A stretch of DNA of 64,000 nucleotides, taken from Eledone cirrhosa. Lineage: Eukaryota. The stretch is from positions 191,642,001 through 191,706,000 of the forward strand of contig OZ024741.1 in NCBI GenBank assembly GCA_964016885.1, written 5' to 3'. Below are positions 49,098 through 61,474 of this stretch, one piece after another (the stretch's first letter is position 1; every line of letters starts with the position of its first letter). A model generated the notes under the pieces. It had not been told where the DNA came from, searched no databases, and saw only the letters and a list, made by a program, of their open reading frames with translations. The translations under genes and the position numbers were made by a program.

Positions 49098-51110
49098 AAT
49101 AATAATAATAATAATAATAATAATGAAATTATTGTGTAAAGTGCTCAGGTGCACTACAACTCGTCAATGGTGCATGTATAGTACATAGAATAATATACAA
49201 ATGTCAGGGAAGTGAATAGTGTATGAGTCATGATATACATGTGTGTGTATGTGTATGGAGGGGGAATATTAGCTGTAATGTTAGCGAATCTCAGAAAGCA
49301 TGGGGGTTTTAAAGGATGCAGTGTTTCGACAGCTAATAACCGATGCAGGTAGTTTGTTCCATGCTTCAGCAACTCTGAGCGTGAAAAAATGTTTCCGAAA
49401 GTCATGGGAACTGTGCTGTTTTCTGACTTTGTGGGCATGCCCAAGTGTGTTAGACACATGGAAATCAAAAAGGTACTCAGGGTTGTTGTTGGCAAGATGG
49501 TTAATAATTTTGTGGGTGTTTACCAAGTCAGTTGCCAGATGTCGGAGCTTCAATGTATCCATGCCCAGAGAAGCAAGGCGTTCAGAGTATGGTAGATGCC
49601 TGATGGAAGGTATTCGCTTGGTTGCACGTCTCTGAACAGTTTCCAGGCGGTCAATGTTCTGAGCAAGATAGGGGTTCGAGACTGGTGATGCAAATGTACA
49701 GCTATGTACAGCTTTAAATAGATAGCTAGAGAGTGGCTGACAAAGGTCTTGCTGAGTGATGCTAAGACACCCTCGGCCTTCTTGACAATTTTAGAGACGT
49801 GCTTTGTCCAACGCAAATCGCTGCTGACCGTAATGCTCAGGTCATGTTCACAAGAAGATTTCTTGATATTATTGTTGTGGAGGGAGTATGTGGATGCTGG
49901 GTTTTTATTCCCAAAATGCATGGTGGTGCACTTGTCCACAGCTAGTTTGAGTTGCCAGTCTGTGATCCATTGTTGCATTGTGTCCAGGTCAGATTGCAGG
50001 CAAGATCTATAGTGTTCAGGATCTGTCCTTTTTATCTCAAGGTACAGCTTGATGTCATCTGCATATTTTAGTACTGTGGCATTCTTTAAGTTGGCATCTA
50101 TGTCATTAATATATGCCACAACAAAAGGGGGCCAAGAATAGATCCCTGTGGTACACCAGATGACATCTCATATGGTGAGGAATGCTGTCCTAGAACCGTG
50201 ACTACCTCTCTTCAACTGAGAATGAAGGACTTCAACCAGTTAAAAAGATCAACCTTCACACCCATTGCAGAGAGTTTTGCCATAAGCCTTTTGTGTGGCA
50301 CAGTATTGAAAGTTTTAGTAAAGTCAAGGTAAACAACATCCACCCATGAGCCGCCATCAGTGATCCGGGTGATGTCTTCAAGTAACTCGATAAGTTGATC
50401 ACAGCAGCTGGATTTAGGGATAAATCCAAATTGTGAGGGCCGGATAAGACTGAGAGTTCCAGAAGTTCCAAAGTGTTTCTCTGACACAGGATTCCATCAG
50501 TTTGGCAATGCAGCTAGTAAGACTGACTGGACGACAGTTCACAGGTGATGTGCAGTCACCCTTTTTGAACAGTGGAATGACAGTAGCAGTTTTCCACTGT
50601 TCTGGAGTAGCACCATTGTTCAGACAGAATTGGAAGAAGCGTGATAGCTGGTGCAGAAGGAAGTACCCACCACGTTTGAAAAGCAGGTACGTAACACCAT
50701 CAAGACCAGGAGAGGCATGGTTGTGTTTATTTTTAATGTAACATTGCAGCATTGCAGGTGTAAATTCCATAGTTGTAATAGAATCCGGTGTCATAGGTGG
50801 TGGAGACGGTACACTCTGGTCTTCAATAGTGAAAATGCCTGCATAGCATTCAGCAATGAGCTCTGCACATTCCTTGGGGTCGTCAGTACCCTGGCTTGTG
50901 CGAGGATTGCGAAGAGGACCAACTGGAGAGTGAGGCCTCTGCTGCGCTCAAATTGAAGCACTGCCTTTTTTGTCACCTGTTTGAGATGGTTGGATGATTT
51001 ATTTCGCCTCTTCGTATTGATATCTGATTTATGCAGTTTGTACTCACGTTCTATTTGTTCTTCTTTACTGTCATATAGGTATATGGTTTACATTTGCGGC
51101 TGGATTTGGT
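49098..51110 (-). mobile_element. CR1/L2-group LINE RT fragment
   Basis: RPVSLTSC, QFGF, VVYLDF.K.F..VPH, GVPQGS.LGP, YINDI..YADD and FFTLRVAEAWNKLP motifs; (aat)n tail. Confidence 0.88.
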
Positions 51111-51943
51111 TTAATACTGGTTGTATTTATGTTCAAATTGATGATAGACTCCCTTCAGTCAAGACTGACCATGTTTTTACACCTACCAATACCATCTTCC
51201 TGGTGAAGCAACTACAGGAGAGGTATTTAGATAAGAATGAGACCTTATACTTAATATTTAGTTAAGGCTGAGACCCTATAACATTCCCTATCCTGGAAGT
51301 GGCCCTTGAAAGAATCTGACACTCTGTAATCTTGTGGTCATTTAGGGAACAAAGAATAGGTGAGGCTAAAAAATAATAGTTTGTCGATAATTCCTGTGTT
51401 TTAAAATTTCATTCCTTTCAGCTAGGGAAGCAGGGATCCTCATGTTTACCTTAGCATCCAGAATGTGGAAAAGAGTAAAAGAGTCACTGACATAGCGTGG
51501 TTCTTAATATATGAAAGCATATATGATATGTTTATGTAGAATAAACATACAAGACTCTTGCTATGAATAATTTAAGTTCTGATCATGTCACAACTACCTC
51601 AGTAGCTGGTGTGAATATTAGACACTTGTTTCTGGATTTTTATGTGTAAGCAGTGACATTTATTCACTTGGTACTAAGAAAAGAATAAACTAAAGCTTAT
51701 ATGCTTTTTCTGACGTTTTGAGGAGCCACTAACAATCATTGGTGGCTGGCCTTACCGAGGGGTCAGGTGATGCCCTCGAAGGAGCACGGTTGTTCCCACG
51801 CTTTAATCTTGCTATCATCCACAGTAACGCTGCCAGTGTGTTGGCTTGCCTCAACAAGTATTAGGAGGGAGGCTTCTGCATCCTTTGTGGTGTGTGACTG
51901 ATTGACACATAGTGTTTGAATTAATATTTTCTTTCGTTTTGAT

Positions 51944-51996
<53 letters not shown>

Positions 51997-52094
51997 GAAC
52001 GATCGACTTTCGTCAAATCGGACCGAGGAAACAATGTTTCCGTTGGTCTTTCCAATTGCTAATACTATCTATCGGTCGCAACTGCAGGTAGAAA

Positions 52095-52209
52095 AAGCAA
52101 CGTGAAATAAAGTGTCTTGCTCAAGGACATAACACATCGCCTGGTCCAGGAATCGAACTCACAACCTCACGATTGCGAATCCAATTCTCTAACCACTCAG
52201 CCACACGCC
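52095..52209 (-). mobile_element. tRNA-derived SINE with CORE/V-like body
   Basis: Minus strand has an A box (TGGCTGAGTGG) and a B box (GTTCGATTCC), then gtccttgagcaagacacttta. Confidence 0.8.
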
Positions 52210-52297
52210 TTCACGTGCTGATATATATATATATTAGAAAGTGAGTTTTTTTTTTACAAAATGAAAAATAACCGAGGTGTCCTACATGAGTGAAAGT

Positions 52298-52516
52298 ATA
52301 AAGAAAAAGAGATGAAATCGAAAATGCAACTGGAGTCTTATTTTTTTTTTAAATATATATATTTATTTGGTTCCTTTACCAGTTTCGCAGTTCTTCTGCT
52401 TTTCAAAAGGTGAGTTGAGATGGAGGGTCTGTGGAATAACCACAAACCAAATAAATATATATATTTAAAAAAAAAATAAGACTCCAGTTGCATTTTCGAT
52501 TTCATCTCTTTTTCTT

Positions 52517-52520
<4 letters not shown>
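52298..52520. repeat. Inverted repeat (arms ~52298-52372 and ~52445-52520)
   Basis: ataaagaaaaagagatgaaatcgaaaatgcaactggagtc... and its reverse complement. Confidence 0.93.
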
Positions 52521-52547
<27 letters not shown>

Positions 52548-52681
52548 GTATATATATATATAGTAATAATAATAAATTTCAAGACTAAAATCCAAAGAGG
52601 GCTCGATAAGGATAAATATATATCAAATATATAAGAACCGTAGAGCAAATATATATATATACAATATATTAATATATATAT

Positions 52682-52950
52682 ACAATATATTAATAAATGG
52701 AAACTATATTTATAAAACCATATTTATTTTATTATACATATTTCAAGGGTAACCAAGGCAAATTATGGTGCGCTTTCATCAGATAAAATACAGATTTGTT
52801 TTATAAATAAATATTGACATACCTGGAAAAAAAGACAACCTAAACGGTTGGAGCTTCCTGGATAGTGGAGATAGTACATTTATTGAGGGTGATACAAAAT
52901 GATGATTGAGTATGCAAATGAATCCCAACAAATTAAATATAACCTCTGCA
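52682..52950 (-). mobile_element. Family B copy (single arm) with intact hammerhead core
   Basis: Matches 15949-16131 and stops at ggatag (52865). tcatcag at 52776-52782 and tttc at 52741-52744. Shares the terminal gaatcccaacaaattaaatataacctctgca(ta)n with 16376-16407. Confidence 0.85.
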
Positions 52951-53130
52951 TATATATATATATATATATATATAAATATATATACAGCAATGAATTTGTT
53001 TTGCAAGGTTTTTTATATGAAATCATGTGTTGAAACAAATATTGTTATATTTGGGGAGGATCATATTGTATATATTTTTTTTTTTTCTGGCAATATTATA
53101 ACAATATGACCCTCCCCAAATGTAACAATA

Positions 53131-53736
53131 TCTATATATAATATAAAAGAAGGATGTTTATTGGTTGGTTGGCTAGTTGAATCACATGAAAACTACCACA
53201 CACACACCTAAAGAGAGAGAGATAGGCCGTTATAGAGAGAGAGATACAATTAAAGTGTTAGATATTCAGAGAGAGATATAGTGACGTCCCACATCGGCTT
53301 AAACTATAGATCAAAGTATATGAGTTGAATGTTTAACAATATTGCGTAAGCTTTTATAAGTAGTTTTACAGAATAAAGAAAAATTGATACTATTTGAAAT
53401 TAATCTACCCTCCAGCTTTTATCCATATACTGCTTACAGTCCGTACTAACGAAGCAACACTTCAGAAGCAATGTTATGCAATATATTGCTGTTTCCTTTG
53501 TAGCTGAAAAAGATCATACTGACTATGGTTATTTTACATTTAAAATCCAAGGTCAATGCTACCATTTAATCGTCAGTTTACTCCCCCAGCCTAATGAGGA
53601 AGTTTTATGATTGTTTTTTTTTTGTCTCTCTTTCACACACACACACATTACGGTCTCACCTCATACCAGAAAACACATCCAATACAGTCGTTTTCTCTTA
53701 ACTGTTTTCCCGGGCGAAGCCAGGTACCTCAGCTAG
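53131..53736 (+). mobile_element. Non-autonomous Helitron, complete
   Basis: Starts A|TCTATATATA, has a subterminal cccgggcgaagccagg hairpin, and ends CTAG|T. Confidence 0.8.
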
Positions 53737-53769
<33 letters not shown>

Positions 53770-55381
53770 ATTTCTCACGAATGAAACAGTTCTAGTCCTG
53801 TAGAAGCTTTTCTATATATATATATATACATACATACACACGTGTATATACCTGTATTTGCTGATGGCACTGTATGTGTTTATTACCGAATAATTTTGTA
53901 TTTAAATGACTTTCATAACTGCAAGGTGGTTGCATGTTTATCGAAATATACATAGACTATCTCGCTTTGTTTTGTTTTTTCCGGTTACGTGATCGCAACA
54001 GAAATTCTCCGTCCGTCAACATTATATTGTCGACGTTTGGGTGCAAGGTGTTTGAATATTCTGGAAACACATTTTTAATCTCGTCATAAAAAAAAAAACG
54101 AAAAAATAACACACAAAAAAAAAACATACGTATACATGCGATTAATGCTGTTTTTTCGTCGAGTTTTTCATTTACTTGAACCCACCTTTTACATTGATTT
54201 CCTGCCGTCATTATAACCCGTGAATTACAACTGTTTTCTTAGAACTGTATTTCGAAACTTGCTGCTATTTCCCATGTTCTTGCAGTGCACTATTCCTTTT
54301 CGAACAAAATACTCGCATGCTATATTTTTCTCATTTTTATAAACAGATAGGAATATACACTACATATACCAGAAAACATCATTACAGCTGTAAGAAACAA
54401 GACTGGCAGGAAAATATTGAAATTGTTCCCAGTAAAACATGCTTACGGCTATAAAAGGAAGCTATTTGTCGGTTTATACTGCGAAATCAATATTGCTAAT
54501 ATCCTTTATCTTAGCTGCAGTGCAGCCTTTTTTGTTTTTGCCCTTGTGGCAAATAAAAAAAATTACTTAATAAGTACCAGAGTACCAGTGAAGTGCTGGG
54601 ATCATTTAAATCGGCTATAGCCTTCAATAATTTTTGGCCTATGTAGTAGTAATATACCTCCATCCGAGAAGGTTATCCACATCAGTTGGGGGAAGTGGTG
54701 GATGCATGGAATAAATCAATCCTCTCTCTTTCTCATTGAGTGTGCGCGTATGTGTGTGTGTAAATATGTATATTAACAAGCGAACAACTAAAGACGCCTG
54801 CTCGGTTTCATGAAAGCAAGGATATACTTATAGATGATCAGGCCATGATGGAGTTCTCTGAGGCAGCAAGATAAACAAGATGAAAGTTGTACCAGACTGG
54901 CTACCAACGGAGTAAATACAATGAAAAACGGAGAAATGGCCAACACACGTGATAACAATTGTTTTATTTAATCAACATTTATGATTAAGACGGCTTTAAA
55001 CTAACAAGAAATAATCGGGAAAAAGAAGATAAAAATATAAATTATTGATGCATCTTTCCGTTCGCTTTTACAGGATTCCGAACATAGTGGTTATTGTATC
55101 TCCGGAAACATTTCAACCATCTTTATAAGATCGTAAGTTTGATTTTTTTTGTACAAGTCTGCAACTTATCTTCTAGCACACTCACAAATAACACACTTCT
55201 TTATAACTATATATATGTAATATTTACGTGCGTACAATATAGAGAAACCTTTATTAGAGTACAAATAAATATTTTGTAGGTGGAGAAATAATAGTATATA
55301 TATATTATTGACCTCTAAGAAGAAAAAATGATTCACTTGCATTAAAAACACTAAGTTCAAGTTACGTTAACAGCTGAGGGT

Positions 55382-57646
55382 ATGCACAAATCCAAAGCTA
55401 CATCTACCCCAATACCAACATCAACTTCTTCGTCAACATCAGCGCTGGGTTCCCAACGCAAAGGTAAAATAAATACAAGTGGTGGTTATAGTGCAAGTGA
55501 TTGTGAAAGTGTTGATTTAAATGCTGGTGGCAGCAGCGATAATAAAGCTGGCGTCCGAGATTCAGATGATAGCAGTAGGCATGACAATAAAACCCTCACA
55601 AACGCGCCACCTGATTTACAACAACAAGACAGTCGCCCGCCTTTAGACAGGCAGGGAGAGATCGGGTCTGCTCCCTTAGCCACTTTTGACACCGTTGACC
55701 TTTCTGATGAAGAAGTGACAAACAGCAAAGACACAGTTTCTGCAAATATTGAGGTAGTTCCTACCAGCGAATTGCCACATGCTTCTGCAGCAGATACTAC
55801 AAGAACCTCCCTTTCAATCACTAGTAACACTTACACAAAAGTAACCGCCTCAAACGAAATCGTTCATACAGTTTGTTCTACTCCTGCAGCTGAAACTACT
55901 ACAAGTACTGTTACGATCCATAATAAACTGCCTTTAGTGAGTTTGTGTTTGTATAAGGAATCCCAAATAGCTACATCTAGTAACACATCGGACGTCTGTT
56001 CTCGAAATCCTGATGTGTGTCGAAGTAAGTCCCCGAACACTAAGTCCTCAACAGAATTAGTTCACAACATTTCTGATGCAAATGCCTGCAAAAGCACTAA
56101 ATTAAGAAAAAAACAGAAAACAAACTATGCTGGAGGTAAAACATTTTCAGCATCTCCATCTAAAGATAAACAGAAGAAAAAAACGTTTTTTGGTCGCAAA
56201 ACAAACACACCATCAGACTTGGATGGAGAAAAGGACAGTGAAGTAGTCTTTAAACAATCTGAGGCTGTGAATCTTCAATCTGATGATGCACTCTCATCTG
56301 ACGATGATAAAGATTGTGGGGCGTCTAGACAGGTGACACCAGGGTTATCTTCATTTGCAACATGTAAAACTGATAGTTTACATAGTGTAATTAAAGGTGA
56401 ACTGGCTTCAGTAACATTGCCTTCTACCACAGAAGGTACCTCAGATGTTGATTTTGATACTACTGAAGATGTTACATCTACTTTAGTAGCAACACAACCA
56501 GGCTCTGGTACTAAGTCAAAAGATTTAAGTGCTGTGGAGAAAGTAAATTTACTTGATGAATCTAGTTCATCAGAGAGTGATTTAAGTCCAGTAGGAAGCC
56601 TAACTGCAGAGAACGTCTATGCATCTTTAGCTGCTGATAGAGAAACTCCAAATTTTGCTGTTAAGTGTGATGCATTGAAAGAGGTTGATGATATTAGTCA
56701 GCAGTTTGATAACAGCCTTATAGAACCCAACTCCATCACTTCTAAACGCAAAGCTTATGAACGAAGAATACAGCGACTACAAGTGAAAACCACTCCTATC
56801 AATAGGCCCCGTAGTGCTACACCTCTCAGTGTTGTGACTTTAGATGAATATACAAATCTTAGTTCACCAGAAATATCTCCTAATTTAGAAAAACTAAAAA
56901 TAGTTCTACCTCCTGAACAGTTTTTTGGAAAGCAAATAAAAAGTCCACGTGGTATTGGGGCTTCCAAAGACAATGCCTTTGATTTTAATGAGGATCGTTT
57001 GTTTCGACATACAAAGGAAGCCATAGTTTTACAAAGTGATGGATCCATTGGACAATCCCCAAGGCGAATCTTTATTCCCCCAACACTTTCACCCAGTCAG
57101 TCCCCCTGTAAAGTTGCTGCAGGATCTCCGGTATCCAAACTGGTTCTTGTATCAAAATTGCCTGCAGGTACCAGTCCTCTTGTGAAATCTGCTATTCCTA
57201 GCGCTTCTGCTTCAGTAATCACTCCCATCACTACCACCTTACCAACTTCAAATCCATCTTTAGTTCCTCCATCATTATCTGTACCAAAATGTTCTGTGAA
57301 AAAATGGGAGCTGTTTGATGACAGTACTGCATGTCAACTGCAAATTGTAGAGGGTGAATTAGAACCACACTCACTCTTAGGCAATCACAGCATAGACAAA
57401 GTTGTAAGACCTGATGAGAAAGAAGAGACAAAAAACAAACTTTTCACTGCTGTATATAGTGGCAATTTTGAATCACCACTTGACAGACATGTAGCTCAGT
57501 TGAGAGGTCAGGAGATGGAGGAGGAAGAAGAAGAGATATTAAAAGTTGAAATAGGTTCTAGTGAAGTGGGTAAAGCCTATAATATTGAATTGGAAGTGCC
57601 TACCAAAGATAAGTTGGACCTTTCCCACAATAAATCTACCTATTGA
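55382..57646 (+). CDS. Uncharacterised 754-aa Ser/Thr/Pro-rich, probably disordered host protein (single large exon)
   Basis: Uninterrupted 2.26-kb ORF in AT-rich DNA with no TE motifs. ATG start; possible upstream splice acceptor ttttgtag near 55278. Confidence 0.7.
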   Translation: MHKSKATSTPIPTSTSSSTSALGSQRKGKINTSGGYSASDCESVDLNAGGSSDNKAGVRDSDDSSRHDNKTLTNAPPDLQQQDSRPPLDRQGEIGSAPLATFDTVDLSDEEVTNSKDTVSANIEVVPTSELPHASAADTTRTSLSITSNTYTKVTASNEIVHTVCSTPAAETTTSTVTIHNKLPLVSLCLYKESQIATSSNTSDVCSRNPDVCRSKSPNTKSSTELVHNISDANACKSTKLRKKQKTNYAGGKTFSASPSKDKQKKKTFFGRKTNTPSDLDGEKDSEVVFKQSEAVNLQSDDALSSDDDKDCGASRQVTPGLSSFATCKTDSLHSVIKGELASVTLPSTTEGTSDVDFDTTEDVTSTLVATQPGSGTKSKDLSAVEKVNLLDESSSSESDLSPVGSLTAENVYASLAADRETPNFAVKCDALKEVDDISQQFDNSLIEPNSITSKRKAYERRIQRLQVKTTPINRPRSATPLSVVTLDEYTNLSSPEISPNLEKLKIVLPPEQFFGKQIKSPRGIGASKDNAFDFNEDRLFRHTKEAIVLQSDGSIGQSPRRIFIPPTLSPSQSPCKVAAGSPVSKLVLVSKLPAGTSPLVKSAIPSASASVITPITTTLPTSNPSLVPPSLSVPKCSVKKWELFDDSTACQLQIVEGELEPHSLLGNHSIDKVVRPDEKEETKNKLFTAVYSGNFESPLDRHVAQLRGQEMEEEEEEILKVEIGSSEVGKAYNIELEVPTKDKLDLSHNKSTY

Positions 57647-58199
57647 TCGTATATGGAATATTAGACCAAATCTGCTTGGACTTACCATTTGGGAAAGCAA
57701 AGGAAGCATTTTCATTTTGAAGGTATGTATGTTTCTGCATTGTTTCTAATAATGTGCAAAACAGTAATAACAAATAACACTATAACTATAAAATATTACT
57801 GTTGTTTTGTTTATCGTTTTTTATTTTCAACATGTGAGTTTCTCAAAACAAATTGTTTCCCCTGCCAGTCCTCTCTGATATTTGCTGTGGTCTAGCAGTG
57901 TAATCTATGAACCATATCCACTTCAAAATTCTTGCTAGATATTCTGGATTTCGCACAAATTCACAGACACACAATCATTCACATCAAATCCTGAGAGGAA
58001 AAAAAGCCCTTTTTGTTTTGCCTTTCTGCTTGTGTGACTTTGCTGCTTCCATTACTTCATAACCACTCATGCTCCTCTGATTTAAAGATCACTTTGCATA
58101 CTCTCGCTCCATGTTGAAGTCAGTCATTCACCTGGGTAGATGTTGCTATCTCTGGAACCTTCACTGGGCTGGTGTGTTGCTCGCATTGTTTCCTTTTTC

Positions 58200-59270
58200 T
58201 TTATCATCCAATGAACCAACAACCTTGTGGACTTTCAGGATATGATATGACACTCCATCAACAGACAAGTTCCAAGAATTCACAGCTGCCATTGTTCCCC
58301 TTTTCATTGAGATAAGCAACGCACACTGGGAGACATTATCCAGACTAAATCCCTGATTTGAATGGATGCTGGCCTTTCCACTTCATCAAGTCACTGTGGT
58401 ACCGTGCTTGGATGTCATCATTCATATCTGAATATTGTTCTTTGTGGCACTAACGCCTGGGCCTGTCCTGACATTTTGTACCAAAACACTGCTTTAATTA
58501 AGGAAATATGTCCACTCTCCATCATCGCCTTTATTGTGTGATGGTGTCATTTCTACTCAACCTACATATAGCTCTGAACAAGCGGCTCATATTCCACCTA
58601 TTGAGAATTTTCTTCAGCAACAACCCATCCACAGAACCCTGCTCCAGAAATATTTTCCTCATTATGCTTGTAATTTAATTTGATGTCTCCATCTTGCTTT
58701 ACCTCCATATTGCCATCCTTCTTGATCAGCATTCAACCCTGAAAGAGATGTCCTCCACCAATAGCGCATTATATCTATTGCCAATCTTTTCCAATTGTCT
58801 TCTACCTGAATTTTCCTCATCTCATGTGCACTCAGTGCCAGGTCGATGAATTGATATCTACTGCAGCACCCAACCACCTTTCAAGCTCTCTCACTGGTGG
58901 TACTAGAGTTGACTTTCCTGGCTACAAATAGGACCCTATTCACTTCCATATGATGCATGCATCTCCTGTATTCCAGGTCACCTAGCTGGCATACTGTTGC
59001 CATCCCCACCTGCACTCCAAATCCTCTGGTACTCCTAACTAGGTTTTTCACCCTGGTGAAAATATCTGCTTTATTCCTCTCCAAAGGGACAAAGACCTTA
59101 CACAACTTTAGGTTGAACTCAGCAGCTAGCTCTCCCTGAGTTCCAAAATGATGTTTAATAACCATCTCTACAGCCCCTATCTTCACAACAGTTATCACTG
59201 ATCTCACCTATCCAGGTACAGTTGGAATCTCAATAGTGCTCAGCTCCTATCTCAGGGTCAGATTCACTCC
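58200..59270 (-). pseudogene. Highly decayed gypsy-like pol remnant (RNase H end and integrase)
   Basis: PLERNKAD.FTRV (ORF 58881-59207) and WKRLAIDI (ORF 58662-58877). Confidence 0.5.
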
Positions 59271-59277
59271 CTTTAGT

Positions 59278-59965
59278 CATCATCATCATCATCATCATCA
59301 CCGTTTTACGTCCGTTCTTCCACGCTAGCATGGGTTAGATGGGTTGTCCTGTTGTGGGCAGTGTCTGGTCGGCTGACCATGCCTTGCTCATACAGGAACT
59401 GATCTGGCTTGATTTCTACAGCTGGATGCCCTTCCTAACACCAACCTCATTTACAGTGAGTGCTGGGTGCTTTTTCGTGGCGCCTACACGTCCACTTTAC
59501 AGTGTGGGCTGGGTGCTTTTTTGCCGTGGCACCTCCACGACCACCTTGCGGTGGGGGGGGGGGGGATATTGTTTATATGCTTCAGCATGTACCCATGGGA
59601 GGTCGGGTACCCTGTATTACTGCGTGACGCCAGAAGTCACGGTCGTGTGTCATTGACTTTGAGAGGTGTAGTTGGGTAAGGTCGGCTTTTATCACCTCAT
59701 CCCAAGTCATCTTGGGTCTCCCCACTCCGCGGTTTCCATCAACTTCTAGTGCTCTGCACCTTTTTATGCAGCTGTCATCCTTCATACGCATCACATGTCC
59801 ATACCAGCGTAACCGCCTCTCCTGCACGCAGCATTTGATTCCTCTTATGCTCAGTCTCTCTCTCAATTCATTTATGCTTTGTCGTTCACGTATATTACTG
59901 TTACACATCCATCGGAGCATGCAGGCTTCGTTTCTCTCTAATCTACGTAAGTCTTCAGTACAGCA
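59278..59965 (-). mobile_element. RTE 3' end
   Basis: ORF 59582-59920 (ERRLRWYGHVMR..GRPKMTW), 3' UTR and (cat)n tail. Confidence 0.88.
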
Positions 59966-60299
59966 TCTAATTCAGCTACATTGATGTGGTTACAATCAAT
60001 CTTCTCCCTAAGCCAGGCTGCATCCTCTACCTCAATGCCCTTTATTTTCACAACAACCCTATTGCTATGTTGCTTGTGTCACACTATATGATCCCTTTCT
60101 CCAATTTGGGCATACACCAGCTTCCTTTTACTGGGTCTTCCACCCTTACTCTCTCCATGATCTCCTGCATCATGGCCACTGTCCTTCACAGTTCAATCAG
60201 AATACAAACCCATGAGGCCTCCCACACAGTCAATCTCTTGTATCATTGCTACCACTTTAATATTTCTAATCCAGGCGACCACATCTCCCTCACTGCAGA

Positions 60300-60434
60300 A
60301 GAGTTTAATGTCATTGCTTTTATTTTTGCTGACACATTTGTAGAGTTTAATGTCATTGCTTTTATTGTTGCTGACACATCATTTGTAGAGTTTAATGTCA
60401 TTGCTTTTATTGTTGCTGACACATCATTTGTAGA
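60300..60434. repeat. ~45-bp tandem repeat x3
   Basis: agagtttaatgtcattgcttttattgttgctgacacatcatttgt. Confidence 0.9.
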
Positions 60435-60474
60435 CTAGACAAGAAAGGGAACAACAATAACAACAATAATAATA

Positions 60475-60585
60475 ATAATTGTTTCTAATTTTGGCACAAA
60501 GCCAGCAATTATCCCAGTGCATTACTGGTGCTTTATTTTATTGACCCCGTAAGGATGAAAGGCAACGTTAACATCGGTGGGATTA
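60475..60585 (-). mobile_element. SINE fragment
   Basis: Same SINE core as other copies, with an (aat)n tail. Confidence 0.8.
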
Positions 60586-60894
60586 CTTCACTGGTTCTTC
60601 CCAATTGCCACTATTATCTAGTTGTGTAATCCATACTCACCTCAAAACTCTGGCCAGAAATCCCAGGTTTCACATGAGCTTACAGACAAATGACCACTCA
60701 CAACAAATACTGAATAGGAAAGAGGCCCTTTCAGTTTGCTCTTCTGCTCACATGACACCAATGCTCCGATTTCTTCTGGTGCATTACTCATAACCTCACA
60801 CTCTGACATCCCATTAAAATTATGCTGGGGATTAGCATCATTAATACTTTCTGTATTATATAAACTATTTCCAGAAATATTATCTTTTATATAA

Positions 60895-61306
60895 TCATCA
60901 TCATCATCATCATTTTTCGTCCGCTTGTCCTTGCTTGCAAGGGTGGGAAAGTCTCTCTTCAGCACAGCATCTATCCATTCATCATAGTCCTTCATCATCT
61001 CCTCTGTGAGCTTCAGCAATCTGAAGTCAGCTCTCACCACCTCAACCTATGTTTTTCGTCTTCCTCTACTGCGTCTTCCTTCCACTGGGATTTCTTGGCA
61101 CTACTTCACCCAGCAGTCATCTTCCATTTGCACCGTATGTCCATACCAACGCAGTCTTCTCTCCTGCACACTACAGTTTCACTCTCAACTCATCCATGCT
61201 TGGTCGTTCAAGCACATTGACATTGCATATCCATCGGAGCATGCTTGCTTCATTTCTCTCCAGCCTTCGCATATCCTCCGCAGTTGCTGCCCATGTCTCA
61301 CTACCA
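60895..61306 (-). mobile_element. RTE 3' fragment (second subfamily)
   Basis: Similar to 37440-37850. Confidence 0.8.
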
Positions 61307-61474
61307 TATATACTATTAGATTCATGGAATTCTTTTATATAGAGACATTAGTTCCAACTCAGAATTAATTACCAAGGGCGCCAATGGTAACCAATATTTG
61401 AGTTTTCACCCTACACACCCTCGATATTTCAATAAATCTTTATATACTTATATATTTTTTTGTCATGTTAATAT

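Noticed and set aside
52130-52209. tRNA gene
   Set aside because: A and B boxes are present, but the sequence runs into a SINE body and has no convincing acceptor stem.
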